64,000 nt of DNA from Rhodobiaceae bacterium (GTDB lineage: Bacteria; Pseudomonadota; Alphaproteobacteria; Puniceispirillales; Puniceispirillaceae). The notes beneath the pieces are model-generated. The model did no database searches. It was not told where the DNA came from and saw nothing but the letters and a program-made list of their open reading frames with translations. The translations under genes were made by a program, and so were the position numbers. Numbering within the stretch: position 1 is the stretch's first letter; every line of letters begins with the position of its first letter. This document shows positions 8,190 through 17,631 of the stretch, piece by piece. Location: contig JAAZUU010000001.1 in the NCBI GenBank assembly GCA_018624035.1, positions 4,080-68,079 on the forward strand, read 5' to 3'.

Positions 8190-9059
8190 TCAACCGTGGG
8201 GCACCAGCCGCAGATCGAATTCGGCCAGCAGGAATGGTGCGCTGACGGTGCCGCTCAGCGCGTATCCCTCGGGGAAGGCTTGCGGTGGCTGCGGTTCGTA
8301 TGTCATGACAAGGTCACCGCGCACGCCAAACACCGTATCCTCATCAAGATAGGGATCGTCATCGGGGAAAATCTCTGTCACCAGTGGCCGGAACCCCGGT
8401 GCCTTGACGATGTAATGAAGATGCGACGGCCGCCAGGGATGGCGGCCGGTGGCACGAAGAATATCGCCAACCGGCCCGTCGGTCGGCACGGTGTAGCTGA
8501 CCGGCTTCACTGTGGTGAAGCCGTAACGTCCGTCAGGGCCGGTGGTCTGGATGCCATGGAAGGAAAAGGTGTCCTGCTCTTCATCCTGACTTGAATAGAG
8601 TCCGTTCGGGGCGGTCTGCCAGATATCTATCTCGGCCCCCTCGATCGGGTTGCCGGCGGTGTCGGTCACGGTACCGCAGGCCAGCAGCACCTCGCCGTCA
8701 TAATGGCGTTTCATATCGCCGCCGAACGGCAGCGGAGGTGAACCGGAAATATGGAATGGCCCCAGCACGCTGGAGGATGTTCCCTCGGCATCGGAATGCA
8801 GCATGTCGACAAGCGAGGACAGGCCGAGAACATCTGACAGCAGGACGAATTCATGGCGAGTCTCATCGGAAATGCGGCCGGCCGCCTCGAGGAATTCGAT
8901 GCCCTGCCGCCATTCGGCATGGGTCAGATTCACATCTCTGGCGAAATCATGGAGATGCGCGGCAAGGCTCTGCATGATCTCGCGCATGCGCGGGTCGGTT
9001 TCCGGCCCGAAATATTGCATGAACACATCGGTGATGTTGTCGGCGGTGACGTTGCGCAT
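8190..9059 (-). CDS. Intradiol ring-cleavage dioxygenase, hydroxyquinol 1,2-dioxygenase-like
   Basis: 289 aa. The N-terminal dioxygenase_N-like region is NITDVFMQYFGPETDPRMREIMQSLAAHLHDFARDVNLTHAEWRQGIEFL...EFVLLSDVLGLSSLVD. The C-terminal half carries the His/Tyr-rich catalytic region (RPSHLHY). Confidence 0.7.
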   Translation of the reverse strand: MRNVTADNITDVFMQYFGPETDPRMREIMQSLAAHLHDFARDVNLTHAEWRQGIEFLEAAGRISDETRHEFVLLSDVLGLSSLVDMLHSDAEGTSSSVLGPFHISGSPPLPFGGDMKRHYDGEVLLACGTVTDTAGNPIEGAEIDIWQTAPNGLYSSQDEEQDTFSFHGIQTTGPDGRYGFTTVKPVSYTVPTDGPVGDILRATGRHPWRPSHLHYIVKAPGFRPLVTEIFPDDDPYLDEDTVFGVRGDLVMTYEPQPPQAFPEGYALSGTVSAPFLLAEFDLRLVPHG

Positions 9060-9212
9060 GTACGGTCTCTCCTGGCGTGCTGCCGGTTTGCCTCGGCTTC
9101 AGGATGCCAGAGTAAGTCAGCCATGTCGGACGTGGCCAGAATAAAGTCACCTTTTGTTGCCGCCGTGTGGCGGCAGGGCTAGAGTCGGGCTTTTCCGGCG
9201 CGGGGTCATCAC

Positions 9213-10004
9213 ATGCTTGTTCTCTATCACGGGGCGAATTCCGTCTGTTCCATCAAGGTGCGGATCGTGCTGGCGGAAAAGGCGCTGGAATGGGAGGGGC
9301 GGCATATCGACCTGCCGAAGGGCGAGCAGTTCCATCCCGATTTTCTGAAGATCAATCCGCGTGCCATCGTGCCGGTGCTGAATCATGACGGGACGCTGAT
9401 CCGTGAATCAAGCGTGATCAGCGAATATCTGGACGGGCTGTCGACGCATAACAGGCTGCTGCCGGCCGACCCGGTGGCGCAGGCACGGACCCGTATCTGG
9501 GGTCTGAGCACGCTGGAATATCATGACAGTGTCAACACCCTGACCTTTTCTAGCTACCAGAGGCAGATGCTGCTGGCGAAATCGCCGGAGGAGCTTCAGG
9601 CGCGCTGGGACGCGATGCCGGACAAGATCAGGGTACGCAAGACACTCGATTTGATGGAGCATGGCGCCGGGTCCGAACATGTGCCGGTGGCGCTGTCCCG
9701 TCTTCAGCGCATGTGCGCCGAAATGGAGGAATCGCTCAGCGATCATGACTGGCTGATGGGCCCCGATTACGGCCTCGCCGATGCGCTTGTCACCGCCTAT
9801 TTCTTCCGCCTCGACTGTATCGGGCTGGAACGGTTGTGGGAATCGCGTTTCCCGCGCGTGACCGGCTGGTACCGGCGGGTCTGCGAGCGCCCCTCGCTGG
9901 CGACGGCGACGGCTCCCTGGCTTGACCGGGACGCCATCGACAGGATCCGCGCGGTCGGCCGGAAGACCTTTATCGAGGATGCCGATTTCCCGGATTTTCT
10001 GTAG
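9213..10004 (+). CDS. Glutathione S-transferase family protein
   Basis: 263 aa. The GST N-terminal thioredoxin-like fold is MLVLYHGANSVCSIKVRIVLAEK...INPRAIVPVLNHDGTLIRESSVISEYLD. Confidence 0.7.
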   Translation: MLVLYHGANSVCSIKVRIVLAEKALEWEGRHIDLPKGEQFHPDFLKINPRAIVPVLNHDGTLIRESSVISEYLDGLSTHNRLLPADPVAQARTRIWGLSTLEYHDSVNTLTFSSYQRQMLLAKSPEELQARWDAMPDKIRVRKTLDLMEHGAGSEHVPVALSRLQRMCAEMEESLSDHDWLMGPDYGLADALVTAYFFRLDCIGLERLWESRFPRVTGWYRRVCERPSLATATAPWLDRDAIDRIRAVGRKTFIEDADFPDFL

Positions 10005-10028
10005 CGGCATTGTCGGCGGCGATTGGAG

Positions 10029-10574
10029 CTACCGCCATTTGATCGAGCATCCCATCGACGGGGTCTGGTCGGCCGGACCGGCCCCGGTCCGCGCGACCAT
10101 GCGCATCGCGATCAGCAGTTCTTCGGTGCGCTTGCTGGCATCACCGCGCGCGGCGTCATCCAGCCGGCCGCGATATTGCAGCTCGCCTGTCGCGTTCAGG
10201 CCAAAGAAGTCGGGCGTGCAGATCGCACCCCAGGCGCGCGCGACCTCCTGTGTCTCGTCGACAAGATAGGGAAAGCCGAAGCCATGCTGGGCCGCGAAGT
10301 CACGCATCCGCGTCGGGCTGTCATCGGGATGGCTCGTGTAATCATTGGGCATGATGGCGACGGTGTTGATGCCTTCGGCGCGCAACGCCGCCGCGTCGGC
10401 GACAAGCCGGTCGATCACGGCTTTCACATAGGGGCAGTGATTGCAGATGAAGGCGACCAGCAGTCCGTTTTCGCCCATCAGCCCGTCAAGGCTGTGGCTC
10501 GTGCCGTCCGGGTCGGACAGGGTGAAGGCCGGCGCTTTCCAGCCGAAATCACAGATCGGGGTGTCGAGCAGCAT
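10029..10574 (-). CDS. Thioredoxin-fold protein (AhpC/TSA-like, CxxC: ICNHCPYV)
   Basis: The track ORF begins at a GTG (10613). The internal ATG at comp(10572-10574) is preceded by GGAGGA-4 nt and gives MLLDTPICDFGWKAPAFTL. The CxxC motif NHCPYV is present. Confidence 0.6.
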   Translation of the reverse strand: MLLDTPICDFGWKAPAFTLSDPDGTSHSLDGLMGENGLLVAFICNHCPYVKAVIDRLVADAAALRAEGINTVAIMPNDYTSHPDDSPTRMRDFAAQHGFGFPYLVDETQEVARAWGAICTPDFFGLNATGELQYRGRLDDAARGDASKRTEELLIAMRMVARTGAGPADQTPSMGCSIKWR

Positions 10575-10652
10575 GTCATCCTCCATGGCTTCCGGTCTGA
10601 CATAGGCATTCACGCGACAGCCCCCAAGCCGGATGCCGGGTTTGTGACCGGC

Positions 10653-11738
10653 CTACAGCGTCACCGCCATGCCGGTGCGGGCTGATTCCTGCGCTGCCTG
10701 GCCCATCCGCACCGCCCAGATCCCGTCATCAAGCCCGACCTCGACCTGTCCTGTGCCCCGCACCACATCAAGGAATCTCATATGCTGATGATAGGTCGAC
10801 CCGTTATGGTCGCCCGCCGCGAGAATGGTGTCGTCCACCGGCACCTCGGTCATCACCGGGGCGCAGGGGTGACGCGGGCTCTCGACAATATGCGGGACCG
10901 GGCGCCGGTCCTCGGGCCCGGACCAGAACCTTGCCGGGCCGGGGATCCGGACCTCGATCTTGCCGTCAGGGCCGACAGCATGGACCATTTCCTGGAACTC
11001 CGACCCCTCGGCGAACATCGACAATTCCAGCATCGCCCGCGCGCCATTCGCGAAATCGACAATGACATAGCCGCAATCCCAGATATCCGGCGCCGCGCCA
11101 TCATAGCGCTCGTCGCGATGGTTGACCTCCTGCCCGCCGGTGGCCATGACCCGCACCGGGTCGGACCCGATGATCAGCCGCATGAGATCGAAGAAATGGC
11201 AGCATTTCTCGACAAAGGTGCCACCGGAATTGGCGTTGAACCTGTTCCAGTTGCCGACCTTCTCAAGAAAGGGATAGCGATGCTCGACAATGCTCAGCAT
11301 CCGGATGCCGCCTGTCGCGGCGTCGACCCTGTCAAGAAAGCGCTGCATTGGCGGCATGTAGCGATATTCCATCGCCACCCAGACAGGGGCCCGGTAACCG
11401 TCACGGAAACGCGTCAGGACGGCAAGGTCATCAGGGTCGGTGAAAAGCGGTTTTTCAACCAGAATCGGCAGGCTGACCCGGTTGGCGATCATCCGCAACT
11501 GGTCGGTGTGGCAGTGGTTCGGGCTGGCGATCAGGATGCAGTCCAGCCGGTCATGCGCCAGCAGCGAATCAATATTCTCGGCAAGGGTGGCCTGTGGTGC
11601 GGCGGCCGCTGCTGCTGCCGCCATGTCGGGGTCGGGTTCGTAAATGACGCTGGCAACGGCATCCTCCATCAGCGCGATATTGGCCAGATGCTCGCGCCCC
11701 ATCATGCCGCAGCCGATCACCCCATAATGAATTGTCAT
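10653..11738 (-). CDS. Gfo/Idh/MocA family oxidoreductase
   Basis: 361 aa with the N-terminal Rossmann loop IHYGVIGCGMMGREH. ATGA overlap with the upstream GntR gene. Confidence 0.75.
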   Translation of the reverse strand: MTIHYGVIGCGMMGREHLANIALMEDAVASVIYEPDPDMAAAAAAAAPQATLAENIDSLLAHDRLDCILIASPNHCHTDQLRMIANRVSLPILVEKPLFTDPDDLAVLTRFRDGYRAPVWVAMEYRYMPPMQRFLDRVDAATGGIRMLSIVEHRYPFLEKVGNWNRFNANSGGTFVEKCCHFFDLMRLIIGSDPVRVMATGGQEVNHRDERYDGAAPDIWDCGYVIVDFANGARAMLELSMFAEGSEFQEMVHAVGPDGKIEVRIPGPARFWSGPEDRRPVPHIVESPRHPCAPVMTEVPVDDTILAAGDHNGSTYHQHMRFLDVVRGTGQVEVGLDDGIWAVRMGQAAQESARTGMAVTL

Positions 11739-12556
11739 GATACCCGGTCCTGTTCCTGTGTCGTCCTGTCCGTCAATTTCCGTCGATTATGCCCCGGCCC
11801 CTGTTCGGCACCTGTCCGGCCCTGCCGCGCGATGTAGCGGGCGGTAGTGGGATCGAACCAGTTTCGCGAGAATTCAACCCGCCGGTCATGCTGCGACCAG
11901 CCATATCTTTCCACATATCCGACGGTCGATCCCGCCGGCAATGGAAATTGATCCACCGTCCAGTCGGGAAGCCGCGCCAGCGTCACGCGGTCCTCGGTGC
12001 GGGTGATCCACAATCCGAGCTCCTCGCGGTAGAACTGGTACAGCGATTGCGACACCCGTGCCGGGTTGATTGTGCCGGCGGCGGCCCCGTCGAGCCAGAT
12101 TTCCTCGATCGCCACCGGAATGTTGTCAAGAAAGCGCAGGCGGCGAAAGCGATAGCCGTTTTCATCCGTGCCGAAGGCCGGCAGGTCGGCCGGCTTGCGC
12201 ATCCTGCCGAATGACAGCAGACGGGCCGATGGCAGTCCGCCGCCATCGGGACGTTCAAGCCTGAACAGTGAATAGAGCGACGCCGCGCCATCGACCCGGC
12301 GGATATAGTTGCCGGATCCCTGACGCCGTTCAAGATGGCCCATCGCCGTCAGACGCGCCAGCGATTTGCGAAGCGTGCCGACCGCGACGCCATGCTGCCG
12401 CGCCATCTTGCGTTCGGGGGGCAGGCGCTGTCCCTCGACCAGCAGTCCGGCCTCGATCTGCCGCGCCACGAGCTCGGCAATCTGGATAAAGACCGGCAGC
12501 GCGCCCTGCTCGACGGGGATGGATTGATCGGCTGTCATGTCAAATTGATACACCAT
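11735..12556 (-). CDS. GntR-family transcriptional regulator (HutC/UTRA subfamily)
   Basis: Winged-helix region FIQIAELVARQIEAGLLVEGQRLPPERKMARQHGVAVGTLRKSLARL followed by a UTRA-like domain. The start is ambiguous (ATG at 12556 or 12538). There is an unusual low-complexity C-terminal tail of about 30 aa reaching the next gene start. Confidence 0.7.
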   Translation of the reverse strand: MVYQFDMTADQSIPVEQGALPVFIQIAELVARQIEAGLLVEGQRLPPERKMARQHGVAVGTLRKSLARLTAMGHLERRQGSGNYIRRVDGAASLYSLFRLERPDGGGLPSARLLSFGRMRKPADLPAFGTDENGYRFRRLRFLDNIPVAIEEIWLDGAAAGTINPARVSQSLYQFYREELGLWITRTEDRVTLARLPDWTVDQFPLPAGSTVGYVERYGWSQHDRRVEFSRNWFDPTTARYIARQGRTGAEQGPGHNRRKLTDRTTQEQDRVS

Positions 12557-12572
12557 TGATTAATCTTTCAAT
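12544..12572. promoter_or_regulatory. Candidate GntR operator region in the divergent GntR / LLM-monooxygenase spacer
   Basis: Direct ATTGAT repeats (12544-12549, 12555-12560), the perfect 8-bp palindrome GATTAATC (12558-12565), and the inverted pair ATTGA/TCAAT (12555-12559 / 12568-12572). Confidence 0.3.
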
Positions 12573-12606
12573 AGATGGTTCCATGGGCCGTGACAAGAGG
12601 TAAGCC

Positions 12607-13764
12607 ATGACTGTTGTTCCCATCACAAACCCTGACCTCGACGCGGCGGAGGTCAGTTTCTTTTCCGCGCTCTGTTCGGATGATTTCCAGCATCTCGGTG
12701 TGCCGAACGGCGATCTGCGGTCAAGCTGGGCGCATTGCTCGGAAATCGTGAAACGTTCCGAGGCGAACGGATTCCGCAATATCCTGTGTCCATCCTCCTA
12801 TCAGGTCGGTCAGGACACGCTGTCATTCGTTGCCGGCTGCGCGCCGATCACCGACCGGATGAACCTGCTAGCGGCGGTCCGGTGTGGCGAGATGCAGCCG
12901 ATCATGCTGGCGCGGACCATCGCGACGCTGGACCATATGCTGGAAGGCCGGCTGACAATCAACATCATCAGTTCCGATTTCCCGGGCCAGACCGAGGACA
13001 GCGCCTATCGCTACCAGCGCTCGCGCGAGGTGGTGGAAATCCTGAAACAGGCATGGACGCGGGACGAGATCAATTATGAGGGAGAGATCTATCGGTTCGC
13101 CGGACTGACAACCGACCCGGCAAGGCCGTATCAGCAGAATGGCGGCCCGCTGCTGTATTTCGGCGGATATTCGCCGGCCGCGGTCGAGCTGTGCGCGCAG
13201 CATTGCGATGTCTATCTGATGTGGCCGGAAAAGCGCGAGGAGCTGGCCGCCAGGATGACAACGGTGAATGAACGGGCGGCGGCGCATGGCCGGACGCTGG
13301 ATTACGGGCTTCGTGTCCATATGATCGTTCGCGAGACCGAGGCCGAGGCGCGTGAATATGCCGGGGAACTTGTCTCGAAGCTGGATGACGAGGCTGGCCG
13401 CGCGATCCGCGACCGCGCCCTCGACAGCACGTCACTTGGCGTGGCGCGGCAGGCCCGCAACCGCGAACTTGCCGATATGGAGGGCTTTATCGAGCCGCAT
13501 CTGTGGACCGGTGTCGGCCGGGCACGGTCGGGATGTGGTGCGGCGCTTGTCGGCTCTGCAGATCAGATCCTGTCCGAGATCGAGGCCTATCGGAAGATGG
13601 GCATGCGAAGCTTCATCTTTTCCGGCTATCCGCATCTGGACGAATGCGACTACATCGGCAAGCTTGTCTTGCCGGAACTGAAAACCTGTTCGCTGCCGCA
13701 TGAATATGGGCGTGTGCCGGACTCGATGCCGGCGACGCCGCTTGGCGTGGGAGAAAGAGCCTGA
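12607..13764 (+). CDS. LLM-class (luciferase-like) flavin-dependent monooxygenase
   Basis: 385 aa: GFRNILCPSSYQVGQDTL...ARTIATLDHMLEGRLTINIISSD...LYFGGYSPAAVELCAQHCDVYLMW, typical of the SsuD/SfnG-like LLM family. Confidence 0.7.
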   Translation: MTVVPITNPDLDAAEVSFFSALCSDDFQHLGVPNGDLRSSWAHCSEIVKRSEANGFRNILCPSSYQVGQDTLSFVAGCAPITDRMNLLAAVRCGEMQPIMLARTIATLDHMLEGRLTINIISSDFPGQTEDSAYRYQRSREVVEILKQAWTRDEINYEGEIYRFAGLTTDPARPYQQNGGPLLYFGGYSPAAVELCAQHCDVYLMWPEKREELAARMTTVNERAAAHGRTLDYGLRVHMIVRETEAEAREYAGELVSKLDDEAGRAIRDRALDSTSLGVARQARNRELADMEGFIEPHLWTGVGRARSGCGAALVGSADQILSEIEAYRKMGMRSFIFSGYPHLDECDYIGKLVLPELKTCSLPHEYGRVPDSMPATPLGVGERA

Positions 13765-14657
13765 TGGAACGAGTGACCCTGAGCGATGATGTATCCCTGT
13801 CCCGCATTGTCTATGGCATGTGGCGGCTTGGTGATGATGCCGACACCTCGCCGGCGCATGTCGAGGCGAAGATCGAGGCCTGTCTTGCACAGGGCATCAC
13901 CACGATGGACCAGGCCGATATCTATGGCGGCTACATGGCCGAGGAAATTCTCGGCACCGCGCTTCGCGGCGCACCGGGCCTGAAGGACAGGATCGAGATT
14001 GTCACCAAATGCGACATCGTCGCGCCGGTTGGCAGGCATGAAGCGGCGCGGGTCAAATATTACGACACCGGCCGCGCGCATATCACGCAGTCGGTCGAGG
14101 ACAGCCTGCGCCTGATGGGAATCGAGGCGATCGATCTGTTGTTGATCCACCGGCCCGACCCGCTGATGGACCATCACGAGACCGGCGCGACGCTCGACGA
14201 TCTGGTGACCTCCGGCAAGGTGCGGAGTGTCGGTGTCTCGAACTTCCGCCCCTGGGACTGGGATCTTCTGCAGTCGGCGATGACGACGCGGCTTGCGACA
14301 AACCAGATCGAGATCAGTGTTCTGGCGCATCATCCCTTCACCAATGGCGATATCGCCTTCCTGCAGCGTCACGGCATTCCGCCGATGGCCTGGTCACCGC
14401 TTGCCGGCGGGGCGCTGTTCACACCGGAAAACAAGTCCATCCATGACAGGCTGGCGGCGATCGCGGCGCGGCATGACAGTGATGTGACCTCGCTGGTCGT
14501 TGCGTGGCTGATGGCGCATCCGGTGCGGATCATGCCGGTGATGGGCACTAACAGCCTCGACCGGATCGCCCGTTTCGGGGATGCGGCCAGCCTCGGCATC
14601 GACCGCGAAACCTGGTACGAAATCTACACCATCGTCCTTGGCGAAGAGGTGGCCTGA
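13764..14657 (+). CDS. Aldo/keto reductase (YdhF-like)
   Basis: 297 aa. The start overlaps the LLM stop (TGATG). Motifs: IVYGMWRLG...GITTMDQADIYGGY...IDLLLIHRPD. Confidence 0.75.
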   Translation: MERVTLSDDVSLSRIVYGMWRLGDDADTSPAHVEAKIEACLAQGITTMDQADIYGGYMAEEILGTALRGAPGLKDRIEIVTKCDIVAPVGRHEAARVKYYDTGRAHITQSVEDSLRLMGIEAIDLLLIHRPDPLMDHHETGATLDDLVTSGKVRSVGVSNFRPWDWDLLQSAMTTRLATNQIEISVLAHHPFTNGDIAFLQRHGIPPMAWSPLAGGALFTPENKSIHDRLAAIAARHDSDVTSLVVAWLMAHPVRIMPVMGTNSLDRIARFGDAASLGIDRETWYEIYTIVLGEEVA

Positions 14658-14703
14658 GGCACCCCACGCGCCCCTGCCGGGTCTGGAATCCTCGCGGCGC
14701 GAC

Positions 14704-16479
14704 TCAGGGTTTCTCGGCCCGCTCGGCATAATATGCGGCGAGAATGTCAAAAGCCGGTTTTCTGGTTTTCTTGTCAGCGGCAATCAGGCCTTTGCGGTTG
14801 AAGCCGCGCTGATAAATTCCCTGCCGCCGCTCCACCCTGAAATCATAGAGAATCCACGGTGTCATACCCTTCACATAATCCAGCTTTCGCAGAATTTCGA
14901 TCTGCCGACGGTAATAATCCGCCTGATAGGCGAGGCTGAACAGGCCGGTATCGGGTCCGGCAATATGATCGGCATCGGCGCCGGTCTCCGAGATCACCAC
15001 CGGACGGTCGGGGTGGGAGTTGGCCCCCACAGCTTCAAGGTCGCTGAAATTCTCTTCATACCAGCCGTAATATTCGTTGATCCCGATCACGTCGATATAT
15101 GCCGCCAAACGGTCTTCGATGACCAGATCATGGTGATTGATCAGGCAGGCCGCCGAGGTCAGTCGGCTCGGATCTTCGGCGCGCGCCCTGTCAGCCAGCC
15201 CCTTCATGAAGTCAAGCCGCTCATCGGTGTCGGGATTTTCATTGCCGACCGACCAGATAATCACACTGGCACGGTTGCGGTCACGGCGGATCAGCTCTGA
15301 CAACTGGTTTTCCGCGTCATGTCTCGTGGCCGGATTGGCGAAGTCGATAGCCCAGTAAACGGGAATTTCCTCCCACAGCATCAGACCCATTTCGTCGGCG
15401 ATCCGCGCCGCCATCTCGTGATGCGGATAATGCGCCAGCCGCAGAAAGTTGCAACCAAGCTCGCGGGCATGGGCAAAGCGGCGGCGGATATCTTCCTCGC
15501 TTGTCAGCTTGCCCTGCAGTTCGTCATCCTCATGAACGCTGATACCGCGCAGGAAAATGGGCTGTCCATTCAGCAGGATGCTGGTGCCCCGGCGCTCGAT
15601 CCGGCGGAAGCCGACCTTGTCGCTGACGCTGTCGCCGCCGGCGCTCAGCGTGACATCGTAAAGCACCGGGCTCTCGGGTGACCACAGATCGGGATGCGCC
15701 TGCAGCACTGTCCGCGCGCGGCCCTTACTCAAATCAAGTGTTGCCGTCAGGCCGAGCCCGGGTATGGCGAGGTGCGCTTCGGTGGCCGGGCCGTCAATGG
15801 TCGCCTCGACATGAATGCCGTCATCATGCAGATACAGGAACAGATCGCGAATGACGGTTTGCGGCGTTTCAAAGAGCTCAACCTCGCGATAGACGCCGCC
15901 ATAATTGAACCAGTCGGTGTTCCGCATCGGCAGACGATCCCGCGTCCGCCGGTTGTTGACGCACAGCATCAGCCAGTTTTCACCGGATCCGACAGCCTCG
16001 GTCAGTTCGACGCAGAAAGGTGTCGAGCCACCATAGTGGTTGCCAAGAAACTGGCCGTTGAGGAAGACCTTGCAGTCATATTGCGCCGCCCCGACGCGCA
16101 GGAACAGCCGCTTTTCCGGCGGCAGGTCGTGGGAGAATGATCGCGTATACCAGGCTGAGCCCTCAAAGAAATACCAGCGCTCATTCAGCATCTGCCAGCA
16201 GGAGGGCACTGGAACGGTGTCCCCGTCAAACGGGTCGTAGTCCCATGGCTCGGTGCGTTCGGATGACGCCACCGGCGCCAGCGCGAACCATTTCTGGCGA
16301 AGCCCTGTATCCAGCAGATCGACACAGAAATTCCAGTCGCCGTCAAGCGACCGGCCATTGCGTCCGCTGGTAAAGATCAGCGTCTCGGCGTTCAGATTCT
16401 GCAGATTATAGGGGCGGTCGTAATCTTCATCGTGAAGTGCCGACAGGGCGTTGCCGGCAAGGTCTGATCGTTCAAGCAT
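14704..16479 (-). CDS. Glycoside hydrolase family 2 (beta-glucuronidase/beta-galactosidase-like)
   Basis: I use the first ATG (comp 16477-16479, GAGGTG upstream); the track ORF starts at a GTG at 16557. GH2 contexts are NFLRLAHYPH, VIIWSVGNENPD (acid/base) and VVISETGAD (nucleophile). Confidence 0.75.
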   Translation of the reverse strand: MLERSDLAGNALSALHDEDYDRPYNLQNLNAETLIFTSGRNGRSLDGDWNFCVDLLDTGLRQKWFALAPVASSERTEPWDYDPFDGDTVPVPSCWQMLNERWYFFEGSAWYTRSFSHDLPPEKRLFLRVGAAQYDCKVFLNGQFLGNHYGGSTPFCVELTEAVGSGENWLMLCVNNRRTRDRLPMRNTDWFNYGGVYREVELFETPQTVIRDLFLYLHDDGIHVEATIDGPATEAHLAIPGLGLTATLDLSKGRARTVLQAHPDLWSPESPVLYDVTLSAGGDSVSDKVGFRRIERRGTSILLNGQPIFLRGISVHEDDELQGKLTSEEDIRRRFAHARELGCNFLRLAHYPHHEMAARIADEMGLMLWEEIPVYWAIDFANPATRHDAENQLSELIRRDRNRASVIIWSVGNENPDTDERLDFMKGLADRARAEDPSRLTSAACLINHHDLVIEDRLAAYIDVIGINEYYGWYEENFSDLEAVGANSHPDRPVVISETGADADHIAGPDTGLFSLAYQADYYRRQIEILRKLDYVKGMTPWILYDFRVERRQGIYQRGFNRKGLIAADKKTRKPAFDILAAYYAERAEKP

Positions 16480-16578
16480 TCGGCACCTCGCCAATGGTCC
16501 TGATGGAATTGGACAAGGGCATGACGCGCCGCTCGTCAGGCTTTCGGGTCGCGCCACCCTGCATTGTCCCGAGCCTCG

Positions 16579-17631
16579 TCATCGGCGCAGGGACATCGCG
16601 ATGGGAAGGGACCGGTCAACCGGCAGCGACACACGCTGTCCGGACCGGTCCGAATGATAGATGGCGCTGACCAGCTCGATGGATGCCAACCCGTCGGCAA
16701 GCGTTACCTCGCGTCCCGGCCGGCCTTCAATGGCATCGGCGACGGCGTCGAAATACCCGGCAAAGCCGGCAAGGGCGTCCGGCACATCCTGCAGGATGGC
16801 GTCGATTTCCGCCTGGCGGGTTAGGTCCCGCGCCGCGAAATGCCAGTCGTCGGTTCCCGGCGCATAGGGCGCCGTGCCGCTCTCGGCGGTGAGATGTTCA
16901 TAGACAAGACGCATCCGCGTTGTGTCCGAGGCGGCGCCGAGGGTGATCGACGAGGTGGCAAGAGCGCCATTGGCCATGGCAAACGAGATGGCCGCGCAAT
17001 CCTCGGTCTCCACCGGATTGGCATTGGTTCCCAGAACAGCGGCGATCTCCGCCACCGCTCCGAAATGCTGCGTCAGCAGATCATGGGCGTGGATGGCATG
17101 GCTGAGAACGGCACCGCCAAGCTCATGGTCCCAGCTGCCGCGCCAGGGGTTGGCGTAGTAATGTCTGTCACGGTTCCAATGGGTCTCGATGGCGGCGGCA
17201 ATGGGACGACCGGGAAATCCGGCCGTGCGCAATGCGGCCAGCTGGTCGAACGCCTTGCCATAGCGATATTGAAACACCGGAAAGACGCTTCCGCGTGACC
17301 GGGCCTCGGCCGCGACAAGCCGGTCAGCCTCGACAAGTGATCCGGCTATCGGTTTTTCGACAATGGCGTGCTTGTCGGCTTCAAGTACGCGCAGGGCGAC
17401 TGGCACATGCATCGCCGGGGGCAGGCAGATATCGACAATATCGATGTCCGGGTCGGCCAGTACATCATCAATGTCAGCGGTAAATCGTCCGCCGGTCTGT
17501 GTGGCAAGACGCTGTCCCAGATCCCGATTTACGTCGCAGACAGCGGTGACGCGGAACCGATCCGGCAGCTCGGCATAGGCCTTGATGTGCTCGCCCCCGA
17601 TTCCCCCTCCGATGACCGCGACATCAGGCAA
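16579..17631 (-). CDS. Gfo/Idh/MocA family oxidoreductase (third of three in tandem)
   Basis: 350 aa. A TTG start is needed to include the Rossmann loop VAVIGGGIGGEH. 8-nt overlap with the upstream paralog. Confidence 0.7.
   Translation of the reverse strand: MPDVAVIGGGIGGEHIKAYAELPDRFRVTAVCDVNRDLGQRLATQTGGRFTADIDDVLADPDIDIVDICLPPAMHVPVALRVLEADKHAIVEKPIAGSLVEADRLVAAEARSRGSVFPVFQYRYGKAFDQLAALRTAGFPGRPIAAAIETHWNRDRHYYANPWRGSWDHELGGAVLSHAIHAHDLLTQHFGAVAEIAAVLGTNANPVETEDCAAISFAMANGALATSSITLGAASDTTRMRLVYEHLTAESGTAPYAPGTDDWHFAARDLTRQAEIDAILQDVPDALAGFAGYFDAVADAIEGRPGREVTLADGLASIELVSAIYHSDRSGQRVSLPVDRSLPIAMSLRR

Noticed and set aside
7018-8193. Longer upstream-extended versions of several track ORFs (for example 7018-8193, 34073-35473, 46068-47570, 51388-52380, 57416-58135, 60985-62232, 20835-21953, 37672-39558)
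   Set aside because: In each case an internal ATG has a good SD and/or a stop-start overlap with the preceding gene, and it yields a proper signal peptide or family-typical N-terminus. The extensions overlap neighbours or encode Arg/Pro-rich leaders.
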